Origin: Pseudomonadota bacterium
GTDB lineage: Bacteria > Pseudomonadota > Gammaproteobacteria > Steroidobacterales > Steroidobacteraceae
Reading direction: 5' to 3'
DNA: 64,000 nucleotides
Assembly (NCBI GenBank): GCA_031394735.1
Contig: JANMXI010000075.1
Span: 435 to 64,434, forward strand
Below are positions 9,036 to 17,944 of this stretch, piece after piece. The stretch's first letter is position 1, and each line of letters opens with the position of its first letter. Below the pieces are notes generated by a model. It made no database searches and was not told the DNA's origin. It worked only from the letters and a program-made list of their open reading frames with translations. The translations under genes were made by a program, and so were the position numbers.

Positions 9036-10073
9036 TCAGAACAGATTCGCGGCGCACACCGCCGCAATGGCCAGCGGGCACAGATAGCTCAACAGCCAGC
9101 CGACCATCCTGCGACCGAAAGGCGTGGTCTCGCTCAGCTCATCAGCGACGATCGAGCGCCGCACACGCCAGCCGACGAACACACTGGTCAGCAATGCACC
9201 CGCAGGCAGCAAAACGTTCGAGGCGACAAAATCGAGCACGACAAAGACTGTCTTGCCCTGCAGACCCGGCACCCAATCGAACGGAAACCAATCCGCCCAG
9301 CGATTGAATGACAGCACGGATGCGACGCCCGCCAACCACGTGATCGTCATCGTGAAGATGACGGCGGGTATGCGCTTCATGCCGCGGCTCTGCTGCAACC
9401 ACGCGATCAACGGCTCGAGGCACGCCAGGCTGGGGGTCAACGCAGCAAACACGAGCAACAGAAAAAACAGGGTTCCCACTGCTCGTCCGCCGGGCATGTC
9501 CGCAAAAACGCTGGCCAATACGTCGAACACGAGATCAGGCCCTTGCGCCGGATTCATGCCGTAGCGGAACACCAGCGGAAAGACGATCAGCGTCGCCAGC
9601 AAGGACACCAGCAGGATCGCAGCGGAAATGATCAGCGAGGAGCGCAGCAGCGAGGTGCCACGCTTCAGATAAGCGCCATAGGCCAGCATCATGGCCGCAC
9701 CAACCCCGGTGGCATAGAAGGCCTGACCGATCGCGGCCAGCACGACGGGCGGCGTGATGGCCGCAAAATTCAGCGAGAAGGCAAACGCCAAGCCGCGTCT
9801 CCAATCCCCCGCACTCAAGGCATAGGCGACGAGGATCAGCATCAACACGAGCAGCACCGGGGCGCGAATCCGATTCGCCAGCTCCAGGCCTCGATTCACG
9901 CCTCGGGCGGAAATGATGCCCACCAACACGATGAAGGCCGCATGCCAGGCAGCCATCCAGCCAGGCTTGGCCAGAAAGTCATGCCACAGCGTCACCACTT
10001 GTGGATGGCTCAACCCCGTCAGCGCACCGCTGGCGCAGGTCCAGGTGTAAGCCATCACCCAACCGGCGAGCAC
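9036..10073 (-). pseudogene. 5'-truncated sodium-dependent transporter (NSS/SNF family), lacking about TM1-2
   Basis: From [11 protein letters not shown].. onward it matches the NSS pattern (..[23 protein letters not shown].., ..[15 protein letters not shown]..). The conserved N-terminal GLGN-WRFPY region is absent. Residues 1-70 of ORF 9036-10283 are antisense to the Lon fragment. Confidence 0.65.
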
Positions 10074-10308
10074 CGGGGAAATCAGTCTGCGAGGACTGGT
10101 GCTCCCGGTCGGCGGCATCAAGGAAAAGGTGATCGCCGCCGCGCGGGCAGGAATCCGCACCGTGATCCTGCCGGCACGCAACCGGCGCGACTGGGAGGAT
10201 ATACCCGAAACCGTCCGCAACACGCTCGAGTTCGTCTGGGCGGAGAAGATCGAGGACGTCCTGGACAAGGCGCTCGAGGACACTCGGGAGAATCGCGCTG
10301 CCGCGTAA
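10066..10308 (+). pseudogene. lon: C-terminal ~80-codon fragment of Lon protease
   Basis: [70 protein letters not shown] matches the end of the LonA proteolytic domain ([21 protein letters not shown]..). The frame is closed upstream by TAA 10048-10050, so ~700 N-terminal codons are missing. Confidence 0.7.
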
Positions 10309-10375
10309 GGGTAGGTGTATGTCGGTTTACGACGACGGGTTTATTTGCCCTCGGCAACCCGGCCTAATACGCGCC

Positions 10376-10687
10376 ATGAATAGAACCCGATATAGCATTG
10401 CCATGCTGGCTGCGTTGATCTTGTCAGCCGGACTGGTCGGCGCTTCGGAAGAGCCTTCCAAGCCCGTGCCGCAGGCCTGGCGCGATACCAAGGCGACGGT
10501 GCGCGAAGATGCCAAGGCCGTGGGGGTCGCCGTAAAGCGCGATATGAAGGTTGTCGTCACCGCCGTCAAACGCGGCGCGCGTGGCGTCGCGGTTGCCTCC
10601 AAGCAAGCGGCACATGAGGTGGCCGCGGCCGCGCGTCAGGGCGCTTCGAAAGTGAAGTCCACCTTCACCGCCGACGACTCTCACTAG
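10376..10687 (+). CDS. Small secreted hypothetical protein (Lys/Ala/Val-rich helical repeats)
   Basis: MNRTRYSIAMLAALILSAGLVGASEE signal peptide, then repeated K..V.VAVKR-like segments. An alternative ATG at 10319 would bury the signal. Confidence 0.5.
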   Translation: MNRTRYSIAMLAALILSAGLVGASEEPSKPVPQAWRDTKATVREDAKAVGVAVKRDMKVVVTAVKRGARGVAVASKQAAHEVAAAARQGASKVKSTFTADDSH

Positions 10688-10738
10688 CGGTATGTCGGCA
10701 CGGTAGACTGCAGGCTCCTGCACTCCAAGGAGTTCTTC

Positions 10739-11770
10739 ATGATTCCGCATTTCCGTCGCGCACTGTTGACAGCCATCCTCGCCGCGGCCACGCTGGCCAC
10801 TGCGCTTCCCGCCACCGTGCATGCCCGCGACCAGATCAAGATCGTCGGCTCCGCGACCGTCTTCCCGTTCACCACGACGGTTGCTGAGCGCTTCTCCAAA
10901 GCGGGCAAGTTCAAGGCGCCGGTGGTCGAATCCACCGGTACCGGCGGCGGATTCAAACTATTTTGCGATGGAGTCGGCGTCGACACGCCCGACATCAACG
11001 ATGCCTCGCGACCGATCACCGCAGGAGAGAAAGCCAGCTGCGCCAAGAATGGCGTTACCAGCGTTGCCGAATTTACGGTCGGCTATGACGGCATCATCCT
11101 CGCAGGGGCCTCCAAAGGGGCGATCTTCGATCTGTCGTTGCAACAGTTGTGGAAAGCCACCGCGAAGACCGTGCCGGTGCGCGGCAAACTCGTGGCCAAT
11201 CCGTATCGCCAATGGAGCGACATCGATCCGAAGCTGCCGCGCGAACCGATCGCCATCTACGGGCCCGCACCCAATCATGGAACGCGCGATGCGTTCGTAG
11301 AACTGGTGATGGAACCGAGCTGTCAAAAAGCGCCGGAAATCGCCGCACTGAAAAAGGACGAGCAGAAGAAAGTCTGCGGTGTGATGCGTGAAGACCAGGT
11401 CTGGACCGATGTCTCAGAAGACTACGGACTGGTCATGGGAAAATTGTCCGGCAACCCCAAAGCGCTCGCCGTCTTCACCTTCTCCTACCTTGATCAGAAT
11501 CGTGACAAGATTCATGCAGCCACCGTGGGCGGTGTAGCAGCGACGCTGGAATCGATTTCCTCGCGTCACTATCCCCTGTCGCGTCCCTTGTTCATTTACG
11601 TCAAACAGGGCCACGTGGGACAGATTCCGGGCCTCGTTGAATTCGTGAAGGAATACTTGAGCGAACGTGCCGCCGGTGAGGAAGGCTATCTGTCCGACAA
11701 GGGTCTGATACCGATGCCGCGCGTACAGGCGCTGCTGCAGCGTGCGGCGGCGGCCACGATGCGGCGGTAG
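10739..11770 (+). CDS. PstS-family phosphate-binding periplasmic protein (orphan, no pstCAB nearby)
   Basis: Signal peptide, IKIVGSATVFPF, STGTGGGFKLF, YGPAPNHGTRDAF, RPLFIYVK. AAGGAG RBS upstream. Confidence 0.8.
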   Translation: MIPHFRRALLTAILAAATLATALPATVHARDQIKIVGSATVFPFTTTVAERFSKAGKFKAPVVESTGTGGGFKLFCDGVGVDTPDINDASRPITAGEKASCAKNGVTSVAEFTVGYDGIILAGASKGAIFDLSLQQLWKATAKTVPVRGKLVANPYRQWSDIDPKLPREPIAIYGPAPNHGTRDAFVELVMEPSCQKAPEIAALKKDEQKKVCGVMREDQVWTDVSEDYGLVMGKLSGNPKALAVFTFSYLDQNRDKIHAATVGGVAATLESISSRHYPLSRPLFIYVKQGHVGQIPGLVEFVKEYLSERAAGEEGYLSDKGLIPMPRVQALLQRAAAATMRR

Positions 11771-11865
11771 ACGACGGCTTTGGAAGTAGGGACTTCCACG
11801 GATTGAGCCGCCTCGCAGTCAGGCGTACAAGAGCACACTCCTACCCTTCAACTCGAGCGTTCACC

Positions 11866-12264
11866 ATGTCCACCGCCACCCTGCATTTTCATGCTCTCGT
11901 CTGGATCGACCACAGCCAGGCGAAGGTATTTCACCTCAATGCCACCGAATCGGATTTGAAAAATATACCCAGCACGCATCCGCACCAACACCTGCACCAC
12001 CACGCCAATTCACGCGACGATGGTCATGTGGCCGTGGATAAAGAGTTCCTGAAGAAAGTGTCGCAGGCCGTGGGCGATGCCGGTGCGATCCTGATCACCG
12101 GCCCGTCGACGGCGAAGACCGAATTGGTGAGCTACATCAATCATTCGCATCCGGACATCGCGAAGCGCATCTCCGGAATCGAAACGCTGGATCATCCGAG
12201 CGACGGTGAATTGGTGGCGCATGCCCGGAAATTCTTCAAGGCGGACGATCGCATGCACGGCTAG
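11866..12264 (+). CDS. Conserved hypothetical protein (family often annotated 'translational machinery protein')
   Basis: HALVWIDHSQAKVFHL..HHHANS..ILITGPSTAKTELVSYI..ISGIETLDHPSDGELVAHARKFF resembles that small conserved family. Recognised from memory only. Confidence 0.5.
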   Translation: MSTATLHFHALVWIDHSQAKVFHLNATESDLKNIPSTHPHQHLHHHANSRDDGHVAVDKEFLKKVSQAVGDAGAILITGPSTAKTELVSYINHSHPDIAKRISGIETLDHPSDGELVAHARKFFKADDRMHG

Positions 12265-12271
12265 CAGAAGT

Positions 12272-12314
12272 CAGTGGCGGCGCCTGTACGATTCGTTCAT
12301 GCGCGCCGCCACTG
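12272..12314. terminator. 12-bp-stem hairpin between/over convergent gene ends
   Basis: CAGTGGCGGCGC (12272-12283) pairs with GCGCCGCCACTG (12303-12314) across a 19-nt loop. The right arm is the last codons of cysS. No U-tract is present. Confidence 0.3.
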
Positions 12315-13745
12315 GGTTGCACCACCCGGCTTGTCCTCGAGCAGCACACCGGCGGCAACGAGTTGATCGCGGATCTTGTCGCTGAGCGCAAAATCTTTTG
12401 ATTGTCGCGCCGCATGTCGCTGCTCCACCAGCGCATCGATGTCAGCATCGGCCAATGCACCCGCAATTGCATTCGCCGTTGCATGCCCAGTTGCATTTCC
12501 GGTTGTACGCGCCGTTACACGCGTGATCAAACCCCGCTTTAGGTACGTATTCGGGTCCTGAGCGAACAGGCCGAGTACCGCACCGAATGCTCGCAGACTG
12601 GCGGCCGCTTTCTGGGCTGCGTCGAGGTCGCCACGGTCCTTGGCTACGTTCAAATCGCTCGCCGCGCGCTGCGCCACTGCCAGCGCCTCCGGGGTGTTGA
12701 AATCATCGTCCATGGCTTCGGTAAATTGCGCGAGCAACGCCGCGCTCGGCTCCCCGCCCGCGGGCGCATCCCTGAGCGCAAGGTAGAACCCCAGCAGGGT
12801 TTCATCGGCCTGCTCCAATTGCGCCTGCGAGTAATTGATGGGCCCGCGGTAATGACTGCTGAGCAGAAACAGGCGCATCACTTCCGGATCGCGCAATCGG
12901 TCCAGCACGTCGCGCACAGTGAAGAAGTTGTCCAGTGATTTGGACATTTTTTCGTCATTGATGCGCACGAAGCCGTTGTGCATCCAGATGTTGACGAACG
13001 GCGTGTCGCAGGCGCCGCAGGATTGCGCGATCTCGTTCTCATGGTGCGGAAACTTCAAATCCATGCCGCCGCCGTGGATGTCGAAATGCGGCCCCAACGT
13101 CTGCATGGACATGGCCGAGCATTCGATATGCCAGCCGGGGCGTCCGGCTCCCCACGGCGACTCCCACGACGGCTCGCCCGGCTTGGCCGGCTTCCAGAGC
13201 ACGAAATCCAGGGGATCGTTCTTGTCGGTATCGACCTGCACCCGCGCGCCGGAACGCAGGTCGTCGATGTTTTTGCCCGACAGTTGTCCATACGCCGGAA
13301 ACTTACGGACCGCATACAACACATCGCCGTTCGCCGCCACATAGGCCATGCCCTTGGATACCAGCGTTCGCGTGATGTCGATGATCTGCGCGATGTACTG
13401 CGTGGCACGCGGCTCGCAATCCGGCTTCTGCAACCCGAGCCGGTCGCAGTCGACGTTCATCGCATCGATGAAGCGTTGCGCCAGCGCGTTCCAGGGTTCG
13501 TTCAGTGCGGCGGCACGCGTGATGATCTTGTCGTCGATGTCGGTGATGTTGCGCACATAGGTGAGGCGATAGCCGCTGAAGCGCAGGTAGCGCTGCACCA
13601 TGTCGAACACGCTGAGCATGCGCGCATGTCCCACATGGATGTAATCGTAGACGGTCATTCCGCACACATACATGCGCACTTCGCCCGGCCGGATTGGAAC
13701 GAAGACCTGTTTGGTTCCCGTCAGGGAGTTGTGGATCTTAAGCAT
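12297..13745 (-). CDS. cysS: Cysteine--tRNA ligase
   Basis: [18 protein letters not shown] (HIGH), KMSKSLDNF (KMSKS), GWHIECSAM. Confidence 0.95.
   Translation of the reverse strand: MLKIHNSLTGTKQVFVPIRPGEVRMYVCGMTVYDYIHVGHARMLSVFDMVQRYLRFSGYRLTYVRNITDIDDKIITRAAALNEPWNALAQRFIDAMNVDCDRLGLQKPDCEPRATQYIAQIIDITRTLVSKGMAYVAANGDVLYAVRKFPAYGQLSGKNIDDLRSGARVQVDTDKNDPLDFVLWKPAKPGEPSWESPWGAGRPGWHIECSAMSMQTLGPHFDIHGGGMDLKFPHHENEIAQSCGACDTPFVNIWMHNGFVRINDEKMSKSLDNFFTVRDVLDRLRDPEVMRLFLLSSHYRGPINYSQAQLEQADETLLGFYLALRDAPAGGEPSAALLAQFTEAMDDDFNTPEALAVAQRAASDLNVAKDRGDLDAAQKAAASLRAFGAVLGLFAQDPNTYLKRGLITRVTARTTGNATGHATANAIAGALADADIDALVEQRHAARQSKDFALSDKIRDQLVAAGVLLEDKPGGATQWRRA
12466..12525. repeat. Five imperfect tandem 12-nt units inside cysS
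   Basis: ATTGCATTCGCC GTTGCATGCCCA GTTGCATTTCCG GTTGTACGCGCC GTTACACGCGTG. They encode [20 protein letters not shown] in CysS. Confidence 0.8.
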
Positions 13746-15141
13746 GCGATTGCAGCCGCGCGCGGGCGATGGCCGGCGGCATCAGTTTGAGCAGCGGCGC
13801 GAGCTCCGGACCGTGCGCTTGCCCGGTCAACGCCAGCCGCAGCGGCATGAACAGATGGACGCCGGATTTGCCGGTGGTCTCCTTCAGCAAGCGCGTCATC
13901 GCCTTCCAGTCACCATCGGACTGATCATACGCGGCCAGCGCCGCGACGAAAAATGCGCGGCCCGCGCCTGCCACGATTTGACCTGCATCGGCGTCCAACG
14001 GCGCGAGTTGACCGTACACCGCGGCCGCCCACGGCGCGGCATCGCCTGGCAGCACCACATTGTGACGCACGAGGTCGACAAACGCATCGATGTCCACCTG
14101 CGGCGGTGGCGTCGGGATGGAGGCTGACAGCCAGTCACGCACCTGTCGCGTGGTGGCGCGCTGCAAGGACTCCTTCTGCCAGTGAATCAACTGCGCTTCG
14201 TCGAAGCGCGTCGGCGCACGTCCCAGATGATCGGGCCGGAAATGGCCCGGCATGGCGTCCGGCCGCAGCCATCCATCCACATCGCTGGTATGCCCCAGGT
14301 GGAACAGGTGATTGAGAACGGCTTCGGCCAGAAAGCCGCGCTCGCGGAAATCGCGCACGCTGGTGCTGCCATGGCGCTTGGACAAGGGCGTGCCGTCGGC
14401 GCCCATCAGCAAGCCAACATGCCCGTATTGCGGCCGGCGCAACCCGAGCGCATCGAGCACCATCAACTGGCGCGGCGTGTTGGTGAGATGGTCGTCGCCG
14501 CGCAACACGTGGGTGATGCCCATCACCGCATCGTCCACGGCATTGCAGAAAAAAAACGACGATGTGCCGTCCTCACGGCGGACGATGAAGTCGCCGATGT
14601 CAGCCGACGCAAAGCGCTGCGGTCCGTGCACCAGGTCCGTGAATTCGATGACAATGTTGTCCGGCACCTTGAAACGCAGAGTCGGCCGCAGGCCACGAGC
14701 CTCGCGTTCGGCGCGCTGCTCAGCGGTTAAATTGCGGCAAGTACCGGCATACCGCGGCGGCTGTCCCGCCATGCGCTGCAGCTTGCGTGACAGTTCCAGA
14801 TCTTCGGCCGTGCAATAGCACGGATAGGCCCGCTGCTCGGACTCGAGTCGACGAAACAACGCCAGATAAATCTCGCCCCGCTGCGATTGCGAATAGGGTG
14901 CGGACGGGCCGCCGATGTCCGGGCCCTCGTCCCAGTCCAGGCCCAGCCATTTCAAATCGGAAAACAGTTCGTCCCGGAAGCGGTCCTGGCTGCGCTCGAC
15001 ATCGGTGTCCTCGATGCGCAGGACAAACCGCCCGCCGGCTTTGCGGGCCCACAGGTAGCTGAAAAACGCAGTCCGGGCATTGCCCAGATGTAAGGAGCCG
15101 GTCGGACTGGGGGCGAATCGCGTATTTACGGTGGACAACAT
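13738..15141 (-). CDS. gltX: Glutamate--tRNA ligase
   Basis: [17 protein letters not shown] (HIGH-class motif), RIEDTD, LSKRHG (KMSKS equivalent). 467 aa. Overlaps the cysS start by 8 nt (ATGCTTAA). Confidence 0.9.
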   Translation of the reverse strand: MLSTVNTRFAPSPTGSLHLGNARTAFFSYLWARKAGGRFVLRIEDTDVERSQDRFRDELFSDLKWLGLDWDEGPDIGGPSAPYSQSQRGEIYLALFRRLESEQRAYPCYCTAEDLELSRKLQRMAGQPPRYAGTCRNLTAEQRAEREARGLRPTLRFKVPDNIVIEFTDLVHGPQRFASADIGDFIVRREDGTSSFFFCNAVDDAVMGITHVLRGDDHLTNTPRQLMVLDALGLRRPQYGHVGLLMGADGTPLSKRHGSTSVRDFRERGFLAEAVLNHLFHLGHTSDVDGWLRPDAMPGHFRPDHLGRAPTRFDEAQLIHWQKESLQRATTRQVRDWLSASIPTPPPQVDIDAFVDLVRHNVVLPGDAAPWAAAVYGQLAPLDADAGQIVAGAGRAFFVAALAAYDQSDGDWKAMTRLLKETTGKSGVHLFMPLRLALTGQAHGPELAPLLKLMPPAIARARLQSHA

Positions 15142-15179
15142 GACTCACCATTGTACCCATTCGAGTAGAATCCCAAAGC

Positions 15180-15821
15180 ATGAAGCACGCGATCTACGCC
15201 TTGGGCCTTGTCTGCCTTGCGGGATTGACCGGCGCCCGCGGCGAAGAGACTGCCGCCGCAGCCAAATCACCGTCTCCCGCGGCCGTTCCGGCGGTTGCAC
15301 CCGTGGCGGCTTCCAAAAAAGTCCGGGTGATCACCAGTGCAGGCGCATTCGTCATCGAACTCAATGCCGAGCGCGCGCCCTTGAGCGTGGCGAATTTCCT
15401 GAGGTACGTCGACGAAGGTCAATATACCGGCACGATCTTTCATCGGGTCGTCGCCAATTTTGTCATCCAGGGCGGCGGTTACGACAGCAGCTATAAACTG
15501 AAGGCCGCGCCGCATAAGGTCGTCAACGAGGCGGGCAACGGCTTGAGCAATTCGCGCGGCACCATCGGCATGGCGCGCGCCTCGGACCCGCATGGCGGAG
15601 ACTGCCAGTTTTACGTGAACCTTGCCGACAACGGCGCGCTGGATCCGAACGCGAGCCGCTGGGGCTATGCTGTGTTCGGCAACATCGTCGAAGGCATGGA
15701 AGTCGTCGACCAGATCGGCAATGTCGCAACCGGTTCGCGGGGCACCTTCAAGGAAGACGCACCGCTCAAGCTGATCACGATCGAGAAGATCGAGCGCATC
15801 GCGGAGCACGCCTCGCCGTAA
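15180..15821 (+). CDS. ppiA: Periplasmic cyclophilin-type peptidyl-prolyl isomerase
   Basis: Signal peptide plus FHRVVANFVIQGGG, GTIGMAR, QFYVNL. Confidence 0.9.
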   Translation: MKHAIYALGLVCLAGLTGARGEETAAAAKSPSPAAVPAVAPVAASKKVRVITSAGAFVIELNAERAPLSVANFLRYVDEGQYTGTIFHRVVANFVIQGGGYDSSYKLKAAPHKVVNEAGNGLSNSRGTIGMARASDPHGGDCQFYVNLADNGALDPNASRWGYAVFGNIVEGMEVVDQIGNVATGSRGTFKEDAPLKLITIEKIERIAEHASP

Positions 15822-15825
15822 TGTC

Positions 15826-16557
15826 GTGACCACGCTATTCATTTCCGATCTGCATATCGATGCACATCACCCGCTCATCACCCAGCGCTTTCTGAACTTC
15901 CTGCGCGGCGAGGCGCAACGCGCCGCCGCCCTCTACATCCTGGGCGATCTGTTCGAATCCTGGGTGGGTGATGACGATCCCGATCCGGACCAACGACAGG
16001 TCATGGCCAGTCTTCAAACCCTCACGGCAAGCGGCGTGGCCTGCTTCATCATGCACGGCAACCGCGATTTTCTGATCGGTCCGCGTTTTTGCGAAGCCAC
16101 CGGTGCGCGCCTGCTGCACGATCCGCTCATCTTGAGCCTGTACGGTCGTCGGGTGCTGGTCATGCACGGCGACGCTCTGTGCACCGATGACCGTTCCTAT
16201 CAGCGCCTGCGCGCCACGGTGCGTGATCCAGGCTGGCAGCAGCGCTTCCTGGCGCTTAACCTCGCACAGCGCCAGGCGTTGGCCGAAGCGGCCCGCGCAG
16301 GCAGCCAGGCCCATATGGCCGGACTCGAATACTCGATCGTGGATGTCAATCAGACGAGCGTTGAGATCGCGCTGCGTGAATCCGGCACCGAGTGCCTGTT
16401 GCACGGTCATACGCACCGGCCGGGCGTGCATTCATTCCAGGTCGATGACCGCGCCTGCACGCGCATCGTGCTCGGTGACTGGTACACGCAGGGCAGCGTG
16501 CTGCGCTGGCGACCCGAGGGCTATGAACTGGGTGGGCTGGATGCGCCCGCGGCCTAG
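15826..16557 (+). CDS. lpxH: UDP-2,3-diacylglucosamine diphosphatase
   Basis: LFISDLHID, ILGDLFESWVGDD, MHGNRDFLIG, HGHTHRP metallophosphatase motifs. Confidence 0.9.
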   Translation: MTTLFISDLHIDAHHPLITQRFLNFLRGEAQRAAALYILGDLFESWVGDDDPDPDQRQVMASLQTLTASGVACFIMHGNRDFLIGPRFCEATGARLLHDPLILSLYGRRVLVMHGDALCTDDRSYQRLRATVRDPGWQQRFLALNLAQRQALAEAARAGSQAHMAGLEYSIVDVNQTSVEIALRESGTECLLHGHTHRPGVHSFQVDDRACTRIVLGDWYTQGSVLRWRPEGYELGGLDAPAA

Positions 16558-16665
16558 CCTGCGCTCGCAGTTGGCGTGATCGATGAGCAGCAAGTCCCGA
16601 TTGGCGCAGGCCTGCTCAACCCAGGACGCCGGCGTGGCCACGCCCAGCAACGTTGGCGCCTGCAT
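16558..16665 (-). pseudogene. miaE: 36-codon 5' stub of tRNA-(ms2io6A)-hydroxylase MiaE
   Basis: MQAPTLLGVATPASWVEQACANRDLLLIDHANCERR matches the MiaE N-terminus (..TP.AW..A....LLL.DH..CE.K). The similarity stops exactly where the lpxH stop codon (16555-16557) lies. Confidence 0.5.
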
Positions 16666-16666
16666 G

Positions 16667-17905
16667 TCAGGGAGACTCGTTCAGCGCATCGATGGCGATG
16701 AGCAGTTCGCGGGCGCTCTGGAATCGCTCGGCCGGTAACTTTGCCAGCAACCGTTGCAGGATGGCCTCATAACGCGCCAGCTCCGGCGCGATCACCGGCA
16801 ATGCGGCACGCTTGTGCTTGTAGATGACTTCCATGGCCGAGGCGCCCAGATAGGGCTTTTTTCCCACCAGCATCTCGTAGAAGATGACGCCCAGTCCATA
16901 CAAGTCGCTGCGCTCATCGACAGCCTCGGCATGGCCCTGCTCCGGACTCATGTAGTAGGGGGTGCCGAAGATTTCACGCGCGCCGGTCAGCTGGGTGTCG
17001 GTGTCCGCCGCCTTGGCGAGGCCAAAATCGATCAAACACGGTGAACCGTCGCCGCGCAACATGATGTTGGCGGGCTTGAGATCCCGATGCAGCACGCCGA
17101 CGGAATGGATGGCCTCGAGCGCACTGGCGATCTTTTTCACATACCACAACGCCGTGCCCGGTGAGATCGGCGCCTTCATGCGCTGGCGCAGGTCGCCGAA
17201 TGCAAAATGCTCCATCGCAATGTAGGCGTGATCGTCCGCGACCCCGAGGTCGAAGATGCGCACGATGTTGCCGTGATCCAACCCTGCGACGATTTCATAT
17301 TCCTGCAAGAACCGGTCGAAGCCGATGATGCGCTCGGAGACATCCGGCACCTGACTGAACACTTTGAGAACGACCACACGGCCGGCGCGCTCGCTCTCCG
17401 CCAGATACACGCTGCACATACCGCCCGTACCGAGCTTGCTCAGGCAGCGGTGGCCGCGAATCGTCAGCTCGCCGAATTGATAGCGCTTGTCCGCTTTGCG
17501 CTGTCCGCGCTGGCTCGCCAGCAGGTGACGGTGCTCATTCGACGCGCGCTCCAACGCCAGACCTAAATCGATGTGGTTGAGCTTGCGGCCATACAGCCGC
17601 TGCACGCGATGATTGGTGGCGGGCTGTGGAGTCGGCGCATCGCTGAGGGCGACGCACACCACCGGAGCGAACTCCGCGCGGCTCGAATAGTCCTGCAACA
17701 GCTTCTCGGTGCGATCGGGCCTCTCCGGCGCGGTAACGACGACGACCGCGTCGTATCCGGCGGCCGCAAAGCCAGGCGGAAACGGCGGATCTTCATCGAG
17801 CTTGAAATCGACGACGTCGGCGTCGGGCCATTCGATTTCAATGTGCTTGCGCACCAGCATGCGGTGGTCCTCGCTGACCGCCACGACCAAAAACCGCATG
17901 CTCAC
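16667..17905 (-). CDS. Hanks-type Ser/Thr protein kinase with CheY-like N-terminal domain
   Basis: Kinase motifs GTGGMCSVY, VVLKV, HRDLKPANIM, DFG, GTPYYMSPE. The N-terminal ~125 aa has a receiver-like pattern: MRFLVVAVSED, YDAVVVVT, PVVCVALS. Confidence 0.85.
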   Translation of the reverse strand: MSMRFLVVAVSEDHRMLVRKHIEIEWPDADVVDFKLDEDPPFPPGFAAAGYDAVVVVTAPERPDRTEKLLQDYSSRAEFAPVVCVALSDAPTPQPATNHRVQRLYGRKLNHIDLGLALERASNEHRHLLASQRGQRKADKRYQFGELTIRGHRCLSKLGTGGMCSVYLAESERAGRVVVLKVFSQVPDVSERIIGFDRFLQEYEIVAGLDHGNIVRIFDLGVADDHAYIAMEHFAFGDLRQRMKAPISPGTALWYVKKIASALEAIHSVGVLHRDLKPANIMLRGDGSPCLIDFGLAKAADTDTQLTGAREIFGTPYYMSPEQGHAEAVDERSDLYGLGVIFYEMLVGKKPYLGASAMEVIYKHKRAALPVIAPELARYEAILQRLLAKLPAERFQSARELLIAIDALNESP

Positions 17906-17944
17906 GAGACTCGGCCCGCAACGGCGCGCCGGCCGTGCGCACTG

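Noticed and set aside
11782-11797. GGAAGT-AGGG-ACTTCC hairpin after the PstS-like gene
   Set aside because: It is a 6-bp stem without a following T-run, which is too weak to call a terminator.
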